Source: Chloropicon primus (Eukaryota). From it: 64,000 bases of DNA. Below are positions 53,551-64,000 of this stretch, piece after piece. The notes under the pieces were generated by a model. The model searched no databases and was not told the DNA's origin. It worked only from the letters and a program-made list of their open reading frames with translations. A program made the position numbers and the translations under genes. The stretch covers positions 372,001 through 436,000 of the forward strand of contig CP060767.1 in assembly GCA_023205875.1 (NCBI GenBank), given 5' to 3'. The first letter of the stretch is position 1. The number at the start of each line of letters is the position of its first letter.

Positions 53551-54479
53551 GTCACCGAGGTTGCTCCGCTTGTGTGACTTGACTTGTCCCGAGGAGAGAG
53601 AAGGGAGGGAGGGAGGGAGGGAGGGAGGGAGGGAGAGTGAGTCACATTGACACCACGTTCCCACGGGAAGGAAAGGGGGGCATTGCCTTAATGAGGAGCG
53701 AGGCGAACTTCTTCGCACAGGCATGAAAATGAAAAAGCAGCAGCGAGGGAGGGAGGGGAGCAAGGGCGCATCTATTACGATACTACGACCCACGAGGAGA
53801 AAGGAAGAGAGAAGAGAGAGAGAGAGAGAGGAAGAGGAATGAATGAGAGGAAAGAAAGTCTTTCCTTTGTGAAGAAAGTTTTCCTCCACAGTCAAGCCAG
53901 CCTCGTTGCAAGGACTTCAGTCCGCGTCGTGTCGTATCGTGGGGTCCAAATAGGAATTACGACGTAGTCGTGAGAGGAGAGGCCCTGTTCGTTGTTCGTC
54001 GTCTCGTCCTTGGAAAAGTTGCTCAAGTTATTCAAAAGCTCTTTTCTCTTTCTCTTTCTCTTTCTCCCTGCGCAGGAAGGAGGCTCAAGGGACAGGCCGT
54101 GTGTTGGAAGGATTCGTTTTTCTTGGTCTTGGTCTGCCGGTTGTCTACCACCGCCGGCCACTATCCTTGAACTTACATCACCTTTAGCGCTGGGATCAAT
54201 CGTCCTGCGCACCCTTTCTTTCGTGCTTCGGTGTCTTTGTCACACGAGAAGCGGTTCCACAACAAGGTTTACGGAATCCTTTCCTTCCATGACTCGTCAC
54301 AAGGGTTGCCTACGTCACCAGTGAAGGGGTATGAAAGGTTTTCGTCCGCTTGAAGAAAACGAGGGGAAGCGGAGCCTTGGGATTGGAGCCTTGGGATTCC
54401 TTTCTGTCGCTCCTATCGGCCATTCGTTCCTTTGGGGCTTTCCTTTGGGGTTTTGTGGTCCAAGAAAGAAAGAGGTAGG

Positions 54480-55795
54480 ATGATATCCACGAGGTGGGAA
54501 AGCAGCAGGAAGAAGGTTGGCATGGTGGTGACTCCAACGAATTCTCGGCCATCGACGCCACAAGGCAGCCACTCGGCGTCCTCATCCATCAGCCATGACC
54601 ACGGGTTCGACAGGAAGCCGGTGGAAAAGCCCAGCACAAGCACAAGCACAAGCAGCCACTACAGGAGTGAAGGGAACGGTCCGAGCACCACTTCGACTTC
54701 AGGTGCGAAAGGAAGCTTGGGGGAGGAGGCATCGTCGTCCTCGTCATCGGACGTGGTGGGGTCGGAGAGATCAAAATACCTCGAAGAGTACTCGAGGAAC
54801 ATACGAACCCCCAGGGCACAGTCTGCGCGAGGGCACTCCAGCACGAGTCACACGGCCGCCTGCGCGAGGGAAAGGTAAGGGCTAGTCTTCACGAAGAACC
54901 CTGAGGTCTGGGGACTGCATCAAAAGATCGCACCTCTCCGATAATCCCTGGGCTCTGACACTCACGCTCTCTCTCTCTCTGGTCTGCTGCTCTGTTTGCG
55001 ACGTGGGCAACCAGCGTCCCGGCGCCGGAAGAGGACAACGAAAGGCACGAGATCAAAGATGATTTCTTTGATTGCTTGCCTCTGACAGGTTGGAGCGACG
55101 ACACGATTATCGGCCTGTCAGGATCTGGGTCATATGTTCTCTACGACAAGTTCCAGAAGCTTTCTACGAGCCGGACCCAGCTTCAGAGGGCAAGCAGCGC
55201 AAAGCCCAGTGGGTCAAAGAAGTCTGTGGTGGCAAGCAGGCTTGTCTCTTCCTCAAAGGGGCCCAGGAAGATGAACTACACCAACTTGCTAAGGGATGGA
55301 GCGATGACGCCGACCCGGACGCAGAGACTTCGAGCGAGGGAAAGGGAATTCAACAACTCGAGCAAAGTGTACAACGACATCTCGAACAAGGACATGGGTG
55401 CAACGGAGGACGGGGAGGAGAACACCAGGAGCCAAAACATCAGGGACTGGCCCAACAGCCTTCGAATTGTTGTGCCATACAAGCTGAAAGCGAAGCAGAG
55501 GAGTTTCCTGAATCCAAACCTCCACCACGGAGGGAGCCGCTCGGGGAGTGGCACGAGGGATTATGGGCACGCAAAGGAAGCGAAGATCTCCTCCGTTCCC
55601 TCGGCGCTCCGGGTGCAACAGCGGCGAAATGAGAAGGAGAGGGAAAGGGAGAAAGAGCGATCAGCGGCCTTGGCCAAGGCCAGACTCTTGTCCAACTACA
55701 GAAACAGGCACAAAAGGATCCAAGAGAACGAGCAGCCCCTGGCTCTTGACACGACGCACATTCAACCAGTCCAGAAGCAGGGTTGGAGAGGGTGA
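54480..55795 (+). CDS. Ser-rich, basic, likely disordered protein of unknown function (intron 54875-55014)
   Basis: GTAAGG donor and ACCAG acceptor join the 54432 and 55076 ORFs in frame. Confidence 0.6.
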
Positions 55796-55839
55796 TATTG
55801 ATTTTTTGCGGTATACAGTTTACATCATTTCGATAATAT

Positions 55840-58800
55840 TTACAAAACATACGCGGTGGCGGGCTCGTTCGTGGTATCTGCGATGATTTGCCTCGCTCGC
55901 CAAGCGTGCGCTTCCAAGTCGTTCAGCTGGGACTCGCCCTTGAACATTTGGTCCTGAAACCTGGCCATCTCCATCTTCAGCCTTTCCAGTCTTTCCTTCT
56001 CAAGCAAGCTTCCGCCGTCGTCAGCAAAGATCTTTTTCCCGACAAAGTTCGGAGGCAGCAGGCTCCCAGGAAGCTGCTCCAGCTGCTTGACGTAGTCTAC
56101 AGCAGAATCACTACCTGGCCTCGGCATACTCTCCTTCTTACTAAAACCTGTTTCCTGCCTCCTCTCCAGCTCCAACCCATTCGAAGACGTCAAAGCATGA
56201 ATCACTTCCCTCTGGTCCGGCGATAACGGCAAATCAGCGTCATGCCCGTGGTGCCCGTGGCTTGCCCTCGATCTCAGCCGCTCTTCGAGATTGTGGACGG
56301 ACTGAGACTGGTGGGCCAGCCTTCCCGCAATGGCTCTGCTCCTCAGCTTCCTGCCCGCGCTGTTGGTTTTACCCCGACTCATGTACATCTTGTACTTGTC
56401 CTCAACTTTCCCCAAGCGGTCCTGAAGCGCTGAAAGCTTTTCCATGTCTGACAAGGGCATGCTCCCCGGAACTTGCAGGACGTCGTCATCGCGGCCCCTC
56501 GATGGATACCAGCAGCTTTCGTTGCTGCCACCCAGGGCATTCGAGCTTTTGGTGGACTTGCGCTTCGATCTTCTCTTCCCCGCCTCGCCTCGAGCGTGCG
56601 CGTCGTGCTCTTGCTCTCTTCTCCTTTCACTCTGATCGTGCACCATCTCCAAAGCCGTGACTGCCTTTTCAAACTGCGATGCAACGTCATTCAGGCCCAA
56701 TCCCGAGATCTGCTTCGCAACCACTCTCTCTATCTTCTCCATCAGTTGGTTGGCCAATAAGTTACTGTCCAAGTTGGCGCTCACATCTTTCAGTACATGC
56801 CCATGCCTTTGGCCAGTCGTTCTAGTAGGCCGATTGAGAAGAATGTTCTCGATCCTGGTATATGGAGTACCTTGCGCAGGAGGATTGGAAACCATTGCAT
56901 CAGGGGTTTTCAAGGGTGAGTTCTCATCATAGAGCACGCATGTCTCTTGCTCACAGTAGCTCATGCCATTTGTGTGTCGCCCTTGCTCCTGACCCGCACC
57001 TCTCTTCCTTGGAGCCACGTCCTCCTCGCTCGTCGCCCTTGATGAGCCAAAAGATGAAGCCAGGTTCTTCTTTTGAGACTCTGCAGAGAATGCGGAGAGT
57101 ACTCGCAGTGCCTTCGCCTCTGACACGGTTTCGATCAATTCATTCGAAACAGACAGGCAATCTTGCTTCGCTTCATGCAAGACGCTCTCAAAATTCAGCA
57201 TCATCTCGCCCATGAGCTGGTAGCTCTCTTCTCGAGCGGAGATCAAAGCGTCCTCGAACTCCGCGTATTCCCCCTTGACGATTTCAACAAACTCCCTGTG
57301 TCCACCCAATGAGTTTCTCAGCTGGGCCTTCACCTGAGCAAGGGAGCTTTGGGAATCCTCCAAGGCCTTCTCAAGTTCAGCACTTCTGCAGCTGTCGGCA
57401 ATCTCGGCTTGCTTGGAAAATTGCTCTTCAAGTTCTGCAACCTTCTCAAGCAATGCCGCCTTCTCTCCCTCCAAAGAAACGTATCTTGCCCTTTCATTGG
57501 ATACTTCCTTTTCGAGCTCAGTGTTTCTCTCCACCAGGGCCGACTTCTTTTCTGCTTCCTCGTAAAGCTTGTCTTGCAACTCGGACTTGCTGCTTCTCAG
57601 CATAGCAATCGTCGCTTCGCTTTGCTCCTGCACCTTTTCGTTCCTCTCCCTCAAGACCTTCATCTTCTCTGCCGCTTTCGACTCCTCGGCCTTCAGAGAG
57701 CTCAGCTGCGTCAGTAGCTCCACGTTCTTCTCCGCGGCTTCCGAGTACTTCTTCTCCTTCTGGTACAAGTCCTCCCTCAGCTGGTCATTCTCCTGGGCGA
57801 GGTTGTCAATATCTCTGTTGATGCTCTTGAGATCATGGAGAGAGGGGCTCGAGATGGACCTCTCGGTGTGCTCAATTTTCACCTTGTTGAACGCGTCCTT
57901 GAGCTGGCGGTAGTCGCTCACCAGGGACAAGACCTTTCGCTCTACCTTGACTTCGAGATTCGCGTGACCTTCCGCCGCCCCGGCGCTGCTGTCGTCCTTT
58001 ATCATCTCATCTACCTTCAGCAAGAAGCCGGACCTCTCCCTTAGGACCACCTGCCTGCTCTCCTGCAGACTCTCTATCTCGGACTGCAAGTCCTTGATCT
58101 TGTTTTCCAGCATGTCTTTCATGGCTATGGTGACATCATTCAAAGTCCTTTCCCGAGAGACGCTGACAGATTCTGATTCTGATTCTGATTCTGATTCTGA
58201 TTCTGACCCCCGTCGGCTTGAACTCCTCGCGGGCGTCCGCTTTGCCTCCAGAGCCTCCTTGTAGGACGCAACCTGGTTTCTTAAAACATCAGCTTCGCCT
58301 TGGAGCCTGTTCACTTGATTTTGCATATCCTCAAGTGTCTCGGAGTACAGCTGAACTCTCTTGATGTTCTCCTTGGTGAACGTCGCCTCCTCTATTGCCA
58401 TCTGCTCTGCTTCGTCTAGCTCGGCGTACAAGGAATCTCTTTCCTCCTCCAGCTGTGCAATCTGGGCCTTCAAGCCCTTTGCAACGGAGTCGCTGTCCGT
58501 GTGATTGGACTCCGCAATCAATATCTGCTCCCTCAGATTGTCTGTCTCCAGCTCTAGGAAAGATATCATCTGCTCCGCGCTCAGAAGCTCAGAAGCTTTC
58601 TCTTCTATGGTGTCTCTCTGAGACCTCACGCTCTGCTCGAGGCCAGCGACAGCTTCTCTCAGCTCGTTCCTCGTCTCAATCGCTTGGGCTGCCTCCCGTT
58701 TCATCTTGCTGATTTCTGACTTGGCCTCCTCCAGCGAGGCAGCTTTCTCCACAACATCTGCATTGAGAGCCTCGGCCAGCTCTGAGAGTCCTTGCATCTC

Positions 58801-60275
58801 GACCTGCATGAGCTCCATGCGGGCATCTGACTCCTTCATCTTGTCATGGCACGAGTCTGCCGTCTCCTTCAGCTTCATGATCAGCTCAGTCTGCTCTGCT
58901 TGCAGCTGCTTGCTGCTGGCCAGGCTCTGACGGAGCTTGTCCGACTCACTTTCCAGGGCTCTCAGCTGCAACCTCGTCTCCTGAAGGAGGCTCGTCGCTT
59001 CCGTCAATCGAAACCTCAAGTTGTCCCTTTCCACTGTAACCTCTTTCAGGTAAGCACTCAGGCTCGCTTCGCTCAGCTGCTGAGAGTGGAGGTTTGCCTC
59101 GCAGTCCTCGAGCTGATCTTCCCTCTCGAAGGCCAACCTCTCTATCTCTTCCAGATGACCTACATATCGCTCGTCTGCCAAGAAGGACTGGTGTTTTTAG
59201 AGTTTTTTAGCAAGATTAAATCACGCAATCACGTCGGGGGAGAGGAAGCTGAGAGGCGACTTACCTGGGTCGCGGGAGACGGCTGTCCTGCCGGTTGCTT
59301 GTTCACGATCTGCGTGGCCAGTGCTTCCACCTCCTTTGTCAGCTCTTTTATCTGCGCGTCCTTCATCTCCAGCTCATCTGCAAGGGTTGAGCTGCCCTTG
59401 CTCACGTCCTCGAGCGAGGCCTCCAGCGAGGCAATGTTGTCCTTCATCATGGACATGGCCTGGTGCTTTGCATTTACTTCTTGCCTGAGCTGCCCAATTT
59501 TTAGTCCCTGCTTCTCGGAGAGAATCTCAAGCTCCTCTGTCTTTCTCTCCGATTCCAGCGCACGCTGCTCCGCCGACCTCACCTGAGTCTCTGCTGCCCT
59601 CTCCAACGCACGGTACCTCTCCTGAAGGCTCTGTTCCACCTTGTCCTTGTGCGCCTCGGCCTCCTTGAAGAACTCGTCGCCCTCGAGAGCGGAGACTCGA
59701 AGCTGGTTCTGCACGCTCGCGAGATCCTCCCTCACCGCCTTCGCCTCCGCCTCCAAACCCTTGTAGAGCACCTTTGAGGTTGCCAGCTGCTCGGACAAAG
59801 TCTTGCACGCCTCGTTCGCTTCAGCCAGCTTCTCCTCCACTTCCCCGAGCCTCTTTCTCAGCTCCTCCCTCTCTGCCCGGATTGTGAACACGCAATCGGC
59901 TGGCTCCTGCTCCGAGGCAGATGGAGCACGCAATGACTCCAGAGCCTCGATCTGTTTCACGAGCTCCTCTTTCTCCCTCAGGAGCTTTCCCTTGCCAGTT
60001 GTCTCGAGAGCTTCCTCCAACCCTCTTATGCGGACCCTGTCACGCTCGCTCTGCGCCGCCCTGATCTCGATCTCATCCTGCAAGGCCTCCATGATGTTCA
60101 CCGTCCCTGCTAGCCTCCCACCAATGTCTTGGCACACTTCTTGCATGATGGCCGCCTCTTGGTCCTTCTCTTTCAACTGCCTCTTCTGCTTCTTCTCGGC
60201 TTCTTCCTTTTCCTTTTGTTTCTTCTTCGAGGAAGAAGAACTCGCCGGACTGAAGCGACTCAATGTCTTCCTCAT
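55840..60275 (-). CDS. Very long coiled-coil protein (intron 59188-59264)
   Basis: GTAAGT donor and ACCAG acceptor fuse the 348-aa and 1113-aa ORFs in frame (PATQ|SFLADER). Heptad E/K/L-rich throughout; a hexamer repeat encodes (SE)n near 58170-58205. Confidence 0.8.
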
Positions 60276-61953
60276 CCCTTCAACAAATCACAAGACACAA
60301 GACACAACAACAACGAGGAACAAGAAGAACCTTAGAGGAGTGCCCTCGATAGTGCCCTTTTCTTTTAGCAGCAGCAGCAACTCTTTCCATTCCCACGACG
60401 AGGGCGAGAAGGAGAAGAAACTTGAACTGGTGTGAACCTGAGAAAAAAGATGGTGTCTTTGGAAAGCCCAAGAAAAGGTCTTGACTCGATCTATAGAATG
60501 GAACGCAGCTCGGCCTTGTTCCACTCCCGTGGCCACCGTCTCCTCTTTCTCTTTCTCTTTCTCTTTCTCTCTCGCCGTTTTTTCAAGGAAAAATGGCGGG
60601 AAAACGGAAGAAAAGGCGACACTTTTTTAGAATCGAAGAATTGACGTCATGCATAGAAGAAGACCAAGAACAGCCTTGGGAATGCTTGGGCTTGGCAAAA
60701 CGGATCCTTCTCTTTCTCTTCTTCCTCCTGTCCCTCCTGTCCCTCTTCATTCTCCCTCCTTGGCTTCTTTCTCCCTCCTCTGCACTCCCTTCACAATGAG
60801 GACGATCAGGATCGAACAAGGTCGTCTTGGGCCTGTCTCACCCCCTTGGAGACAAGAGACATTGACAATGACTGGAGTGCCTCCCTCACTGTCAATGTCT
60901 CTTGTCCATCGCCCTCATGCCCCTCCCTCTCTCCTCTCCTCAGTCCTTCCTCTCTCTCACACACACACACCATTCTCCTCACCATTTTTCTCAAGTGAGG
61001 GAAGGTCAAGCAGGAAGAGTAAGGAGGGAGAGTTTAGGGCAGAGGAAGCAAGCGTTAGGAGAGAGTATAAGCAACATGTAGATACAAGTATCGCTCTGTG
61101 CCACCATGGCCTTTTGTCCTCAGTCATATCGATCGATGCCGACGACACGAGACCGCGGCGTACGTTCCAAAGCAAGCAAGCGGCTGATCCATTCATTTCT
61201 TGATCCATCGAAAGCAATGGAGAGAGCAATCAAGTCCTTCCCCTCTTCCCCTCTTTCCCTCTTTCCCTCGTCCCCTTCTCCATTCATCCGTCGCATCCCC
61301 TGCAGAGTTGTGCTCTGTCCATATTTTCACCACCCACCTCCCTCTCTGCACGATCAGATCAGATCGATCGATCGATCGCGTTTGCCGGCGGTTTGCTTTG
61401 ATCGGAAACCGAAACAGCGGCGCGCAAGGGAGGTTGAGGACGAGGGAAGCGAGCAACACAACACGACGATAAGCGTTGCCTCCCGACCTCCCGACCTTTC
61501 CCAGCGCTACTCGCTTGCCTCATTCCGTTCTCTCATTCGCATTCGTAAGAGAGAGAGAGAGAGAGAAAAGGAAAACTCTGGTCCACAACCTCGACCACCT
61601 CGCGTTACGTTCGCGAGTCTTGGATCGTATCCTTCTCCTTGCCAAGGTAATCTCTCTCTGTCTGTCTCTCTGTCTCTCTGTCTCTGTCTCTGACTCTGAC
61701 TCTGACTCTCTCTGTGTGTGTGGTTGTTCGCCTTTGTCGACGAAGGCCGTGATGCCAAGGAGGTGACTCTCGCAGCAACGACTGACTGCTGTCCACAAGG
61801 TATTGGAGGCAACTCTCCCCGTGTCCGTGTGCGTCCGCGTGCGCTTGTTTAGAGACAGAGAGCGTTACGTACGTTATTTTTTTGTTGCGTTGCGTTGCTT
61901 TGGGGAATGTATAACGGGCGGCGTGTGAGAAGGGCTTGGTTGGGTGTGGCAGA

Positions 61954-64000
61954 ATGACGACTACTTCGAGGATGGAAAGCGGTGGGAAGGGGGAAGAGGG
62001 TTTGCCTCGGCTAAGTGTGATGCTGAGGCAGGCAGGGACGCCATACGGGGGGATTCATGACGCGGGGGGGCTAACGATGGCGAGGGCTGGGGACCTTCAA
62101 GAGAGAAGGAGGAGCGCGCTGGCTTCCTCGACGAGTTCGACGCACCCCGCCTTCGGGGAGAGGGGGCTGGGTGGGAAAGGGAAAGGGAAAGCCAAGGCAG
62201 TCTCCGGACTATGCGCCGCAAACTTGACTCAGGGTACGTCTTCATCATCAGGGTCATCGTCGCTGGCCGCAAAATTTGCAAATATTGGCGCTCACAAGGA
62301 ATACCAAAGGTTCGTCAGCCGAGTCAGAGACGTGATCGACGCGGACTTCTCGCTCGAGGAGCTCCTAGCGGAAGCAGAACAAGTCTCGCAGGTCCTAGGA
62401 AGTCTAAGCGACAGCGAATTACGAGACAGGGCGAACTTGCAGTCAGGACACCGGCACAGGACCCTGGAGCAAAGGTACGGAGAGTTTAGTCCCGGCAAGT
62501 TTTATGATTTGTGTGAGAGCTTCTCTCATCTTCGTTCCAGGCACAGCGAGGGAAGGAGCAAGGGACATGGAGATTCGATTGCCCAGGGGGAGCAAGGTGG
62601 CCAAGAACGAAAAGAATTCGGAGCAGAAATTTTGGACTTCGTTTTCCCCAGCAAGACGTATGCGTGCGTGAAGGGCGGCAAGGTACTCGCCACCTCCGTT
62701 GCCTCGAAGCATGCGGTCACGAAGCCTGCAGACGAGTTCAGCGACATGACCCAGCAGCTAAAAGGCCTATTCGCAAGCTCGTCGGTGGAAGAAGGAGAAG
62801 ACCGCAGGGCCAAAACAGAGCAGAAGTGGCTGAAACCGGTACAGGTGGAGAAGAAAGAGGAGGGAGGCAAGAAACAAGGGCAGGGGGGGGATAATGATCC
62901 AAGCATGGATGACTGCATCGCTACCCTGCTGTGGTTCACGGACTTGTGCGCAAAGAGAGACTACCATTCGATGCTCGTCAACATCTACAGCATTGTCGTT
63001 GGAGGCAATGATGCGGCCCGTGTCGCTGCAGAGCTCTTTGAGCTGCTTGGGGACACATCCATAGAAATTATTTCGGAGCTTTCGCAACGCTTGGAGGACC
63101 TCAGGAAAAAGCTGAAAGTGGTTCTCCTGCATGCATATAGGAGAGACCAGGAGAGCAAGAAGGAACCCCGCGGGGATCACAGGCCTGGGAGCAAGTTCAG
63201 CATTGTTTCAGAGAGGGAGCAGGAGATAAAGAAATCGGCGTTGAAGGCCTCAAAAAAGAAGTCGAGCAATATTCAGTTGTCCGCCTTACTCTCGTGGCTG
63301 CAAGGGGTTGGGATTGATGGGTTGATCCAGATTGTGACAAGCAGCGAGGAAGCACGCGAGGAAGACGTGAAAGATCCTAATGAGTTCGATCTGGATGATT
63401 ACGTTGGAAAGGGGAAAGTGACCCTGAGATCGGGACTTCCTCCGAATGCTGTTCGGAAAAAATTTAAGAACCACGAAGAGGTCTTCGTTCCCGCTCAAAA
63501 GAACGACCCTGGGGCAAACGAGCCTAGGGTTCAAATCAGCGAGCTCGAAAAGTGGGCCCAGCTGGCCTTCAAAGGGTACAAGGAGCTGAACAGAATCCAG
63601 AGCAAGATTTTCCACACGGCCTACTTTTCCAATGAGAATTTGCTGGTTTGTGCGCCAACGGGTGCGGGAAAGACCAACATCGCGATGATTTCGGTGCTGC
63701 ACGAGGTCAAGAAGCACATGACGGGTGGAATGCTCGATGATTCTGACTTCAAGATCGTCTACATCGCCCCTATGAAGGCTTTGGCGGCAGAGGTGACAGC
63801 AACATTTTCAAAGCGGTTAGAACCTCTTGGAATTAATGTGAAAGAATGCACGGGAGACATTCAGCTGAGCAAGAGAGAGATGTCCAACACTCAGATGATT
63901 GTGACCACTCCAGAAAAGTGGGATGTGATCACTAGAAAGGGCGGCGACGTCAGTGCGGCAGCGGAAGTCAGGCTACTCATACTTGACGAGGTTCACTTGC
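61954..64000 (+). CDS. ASCC3/Slh1-like Ski2-family DExH helicase, 5' part (runs off the window)
   Basis: I read frame +1 as open from ATG 61954 to the edge: LPRLSVMLR, AELFELLGD, FKGYKELNRIQS, NENLLVCAPTGAGKTNIA, KIVYIAPMKALAAE, VTTPEKWDVITRK, LILDEVHL. It is absent from the ORF track because no stop occurs in the window. Confidence 0.93.
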   Translation, partial: MTTTSRMESGGKGEEGLPRLSVMLRQAGTPYGGIHDAGGLTMARAGDLQERRRSALASSTSSTHPAFGERGLGGKGKGKAKAVSGLCAANLTQGTSSSSGSSSLAAKFANIGAHKEYQRFVSRVRDVIDADFSLEELLAEAEQVSQVLGSLSDSELRDRANLQSGHRHRTLEQRYGEFSPGKFYDLCESFSHLRSRHSEGRSKGHGDSIAQGEQGGQERKEFGAEILDFVFPSKTYACVKGGKVLATSVASKHAVTKPADEFSDMTQQLKGLFASSSVEEGEDRRAKTEQKWLKPVQVEKKEEGGKKQGQGGDNDPSMDDCIATLLWFTDLCAKRDYHSMLVNIYSIVVGGNDAARVAAELFELLGDTSIEIISELSQRLEDLRKKLKVVLLHAYRRDQESKKEPRGDHRPGSKFSIVSEREQEIKKSALKASKKKSSNIQLSALLSWLQGVGIDGLIQIVTSSEEAREEDVKDPNEFDLDDYVGKGKVTLRSGLPPNAVRKKFKNHEEVFVPAQKNDPGANEPRVQISELEKWAQLAFKGYKELNRIQSKIFHTAYFSNENLLVCAPTGAGKTNIAMISVLHEVKKHMTGGMLDDSDFKIVYIAPMKALAAEVTATFSKRLEPLGINVKECTGDIQLSKREMSNTQMIVTTPEKWDVITRKGGDVSAAAEVRLLILDEVHL

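Noticed and set aside
60280..61950. Hidden gene in the 1.7 kb divergent gap
   Set aside because: Dominated by CT/GA/GATC microsatellites and low-complexity ORFs; best explained as promoters and 5' UTR introns of the two flanking genes.

Overview
Gene-dense, GC-rich eukaryotic nuclear DNA from a compact-genome green alga. It has short GT-AG introns, plastid transit peptides and microsatellite-rich UTRs; a picoplanktonic chlorophyte such as Chloropicon is my inference, not a database result. About 29 protein genes are supported. These include the 3' end of midasin, a CBM20+SAP fusion, START and EDR2-like lipid proteins, a 2OG-Fe(II) oxygenase, a lipase, TrmO, UFD1, a DUF751 protein, an M1 aminopeptidase, YjbQ, an ArsS-like radical SAM enzyme, an Mbb1/HCF107-like HAT protein, GT77 and GT29 glycosyltransferases, a BBS-type chaperonin, a CAO-derived Rieske protein, ferredoxin, an amino-acid transporter, a large coiled-coil protein and the 5' end of an ASCC3-like helicase absent from the ORF track. 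Most notable: (1) a CAO homologue that keeps its Rieske ligands but has lost the mononuclear-iron ligands; (2) a tandem pair of orphan secreted proteins with an almost identical promoter/5' block, divergent bodies and C-terminal disulfide loops before GRR-(S)LL processing sites, followed by a ~1.9 kb AT-rich gene-free island; (3) a plastid starch-binding/SAP fusion; (4) an ArsS-like gene whose CxxxCxxC motif needs a 14-nt microexon; (5) a decayed virus-type ankyrin fragment beside palindromic direct repeats. I recognised no tRNA, rRNA or CRISPR features. All family calls come from motif recognition by eye.
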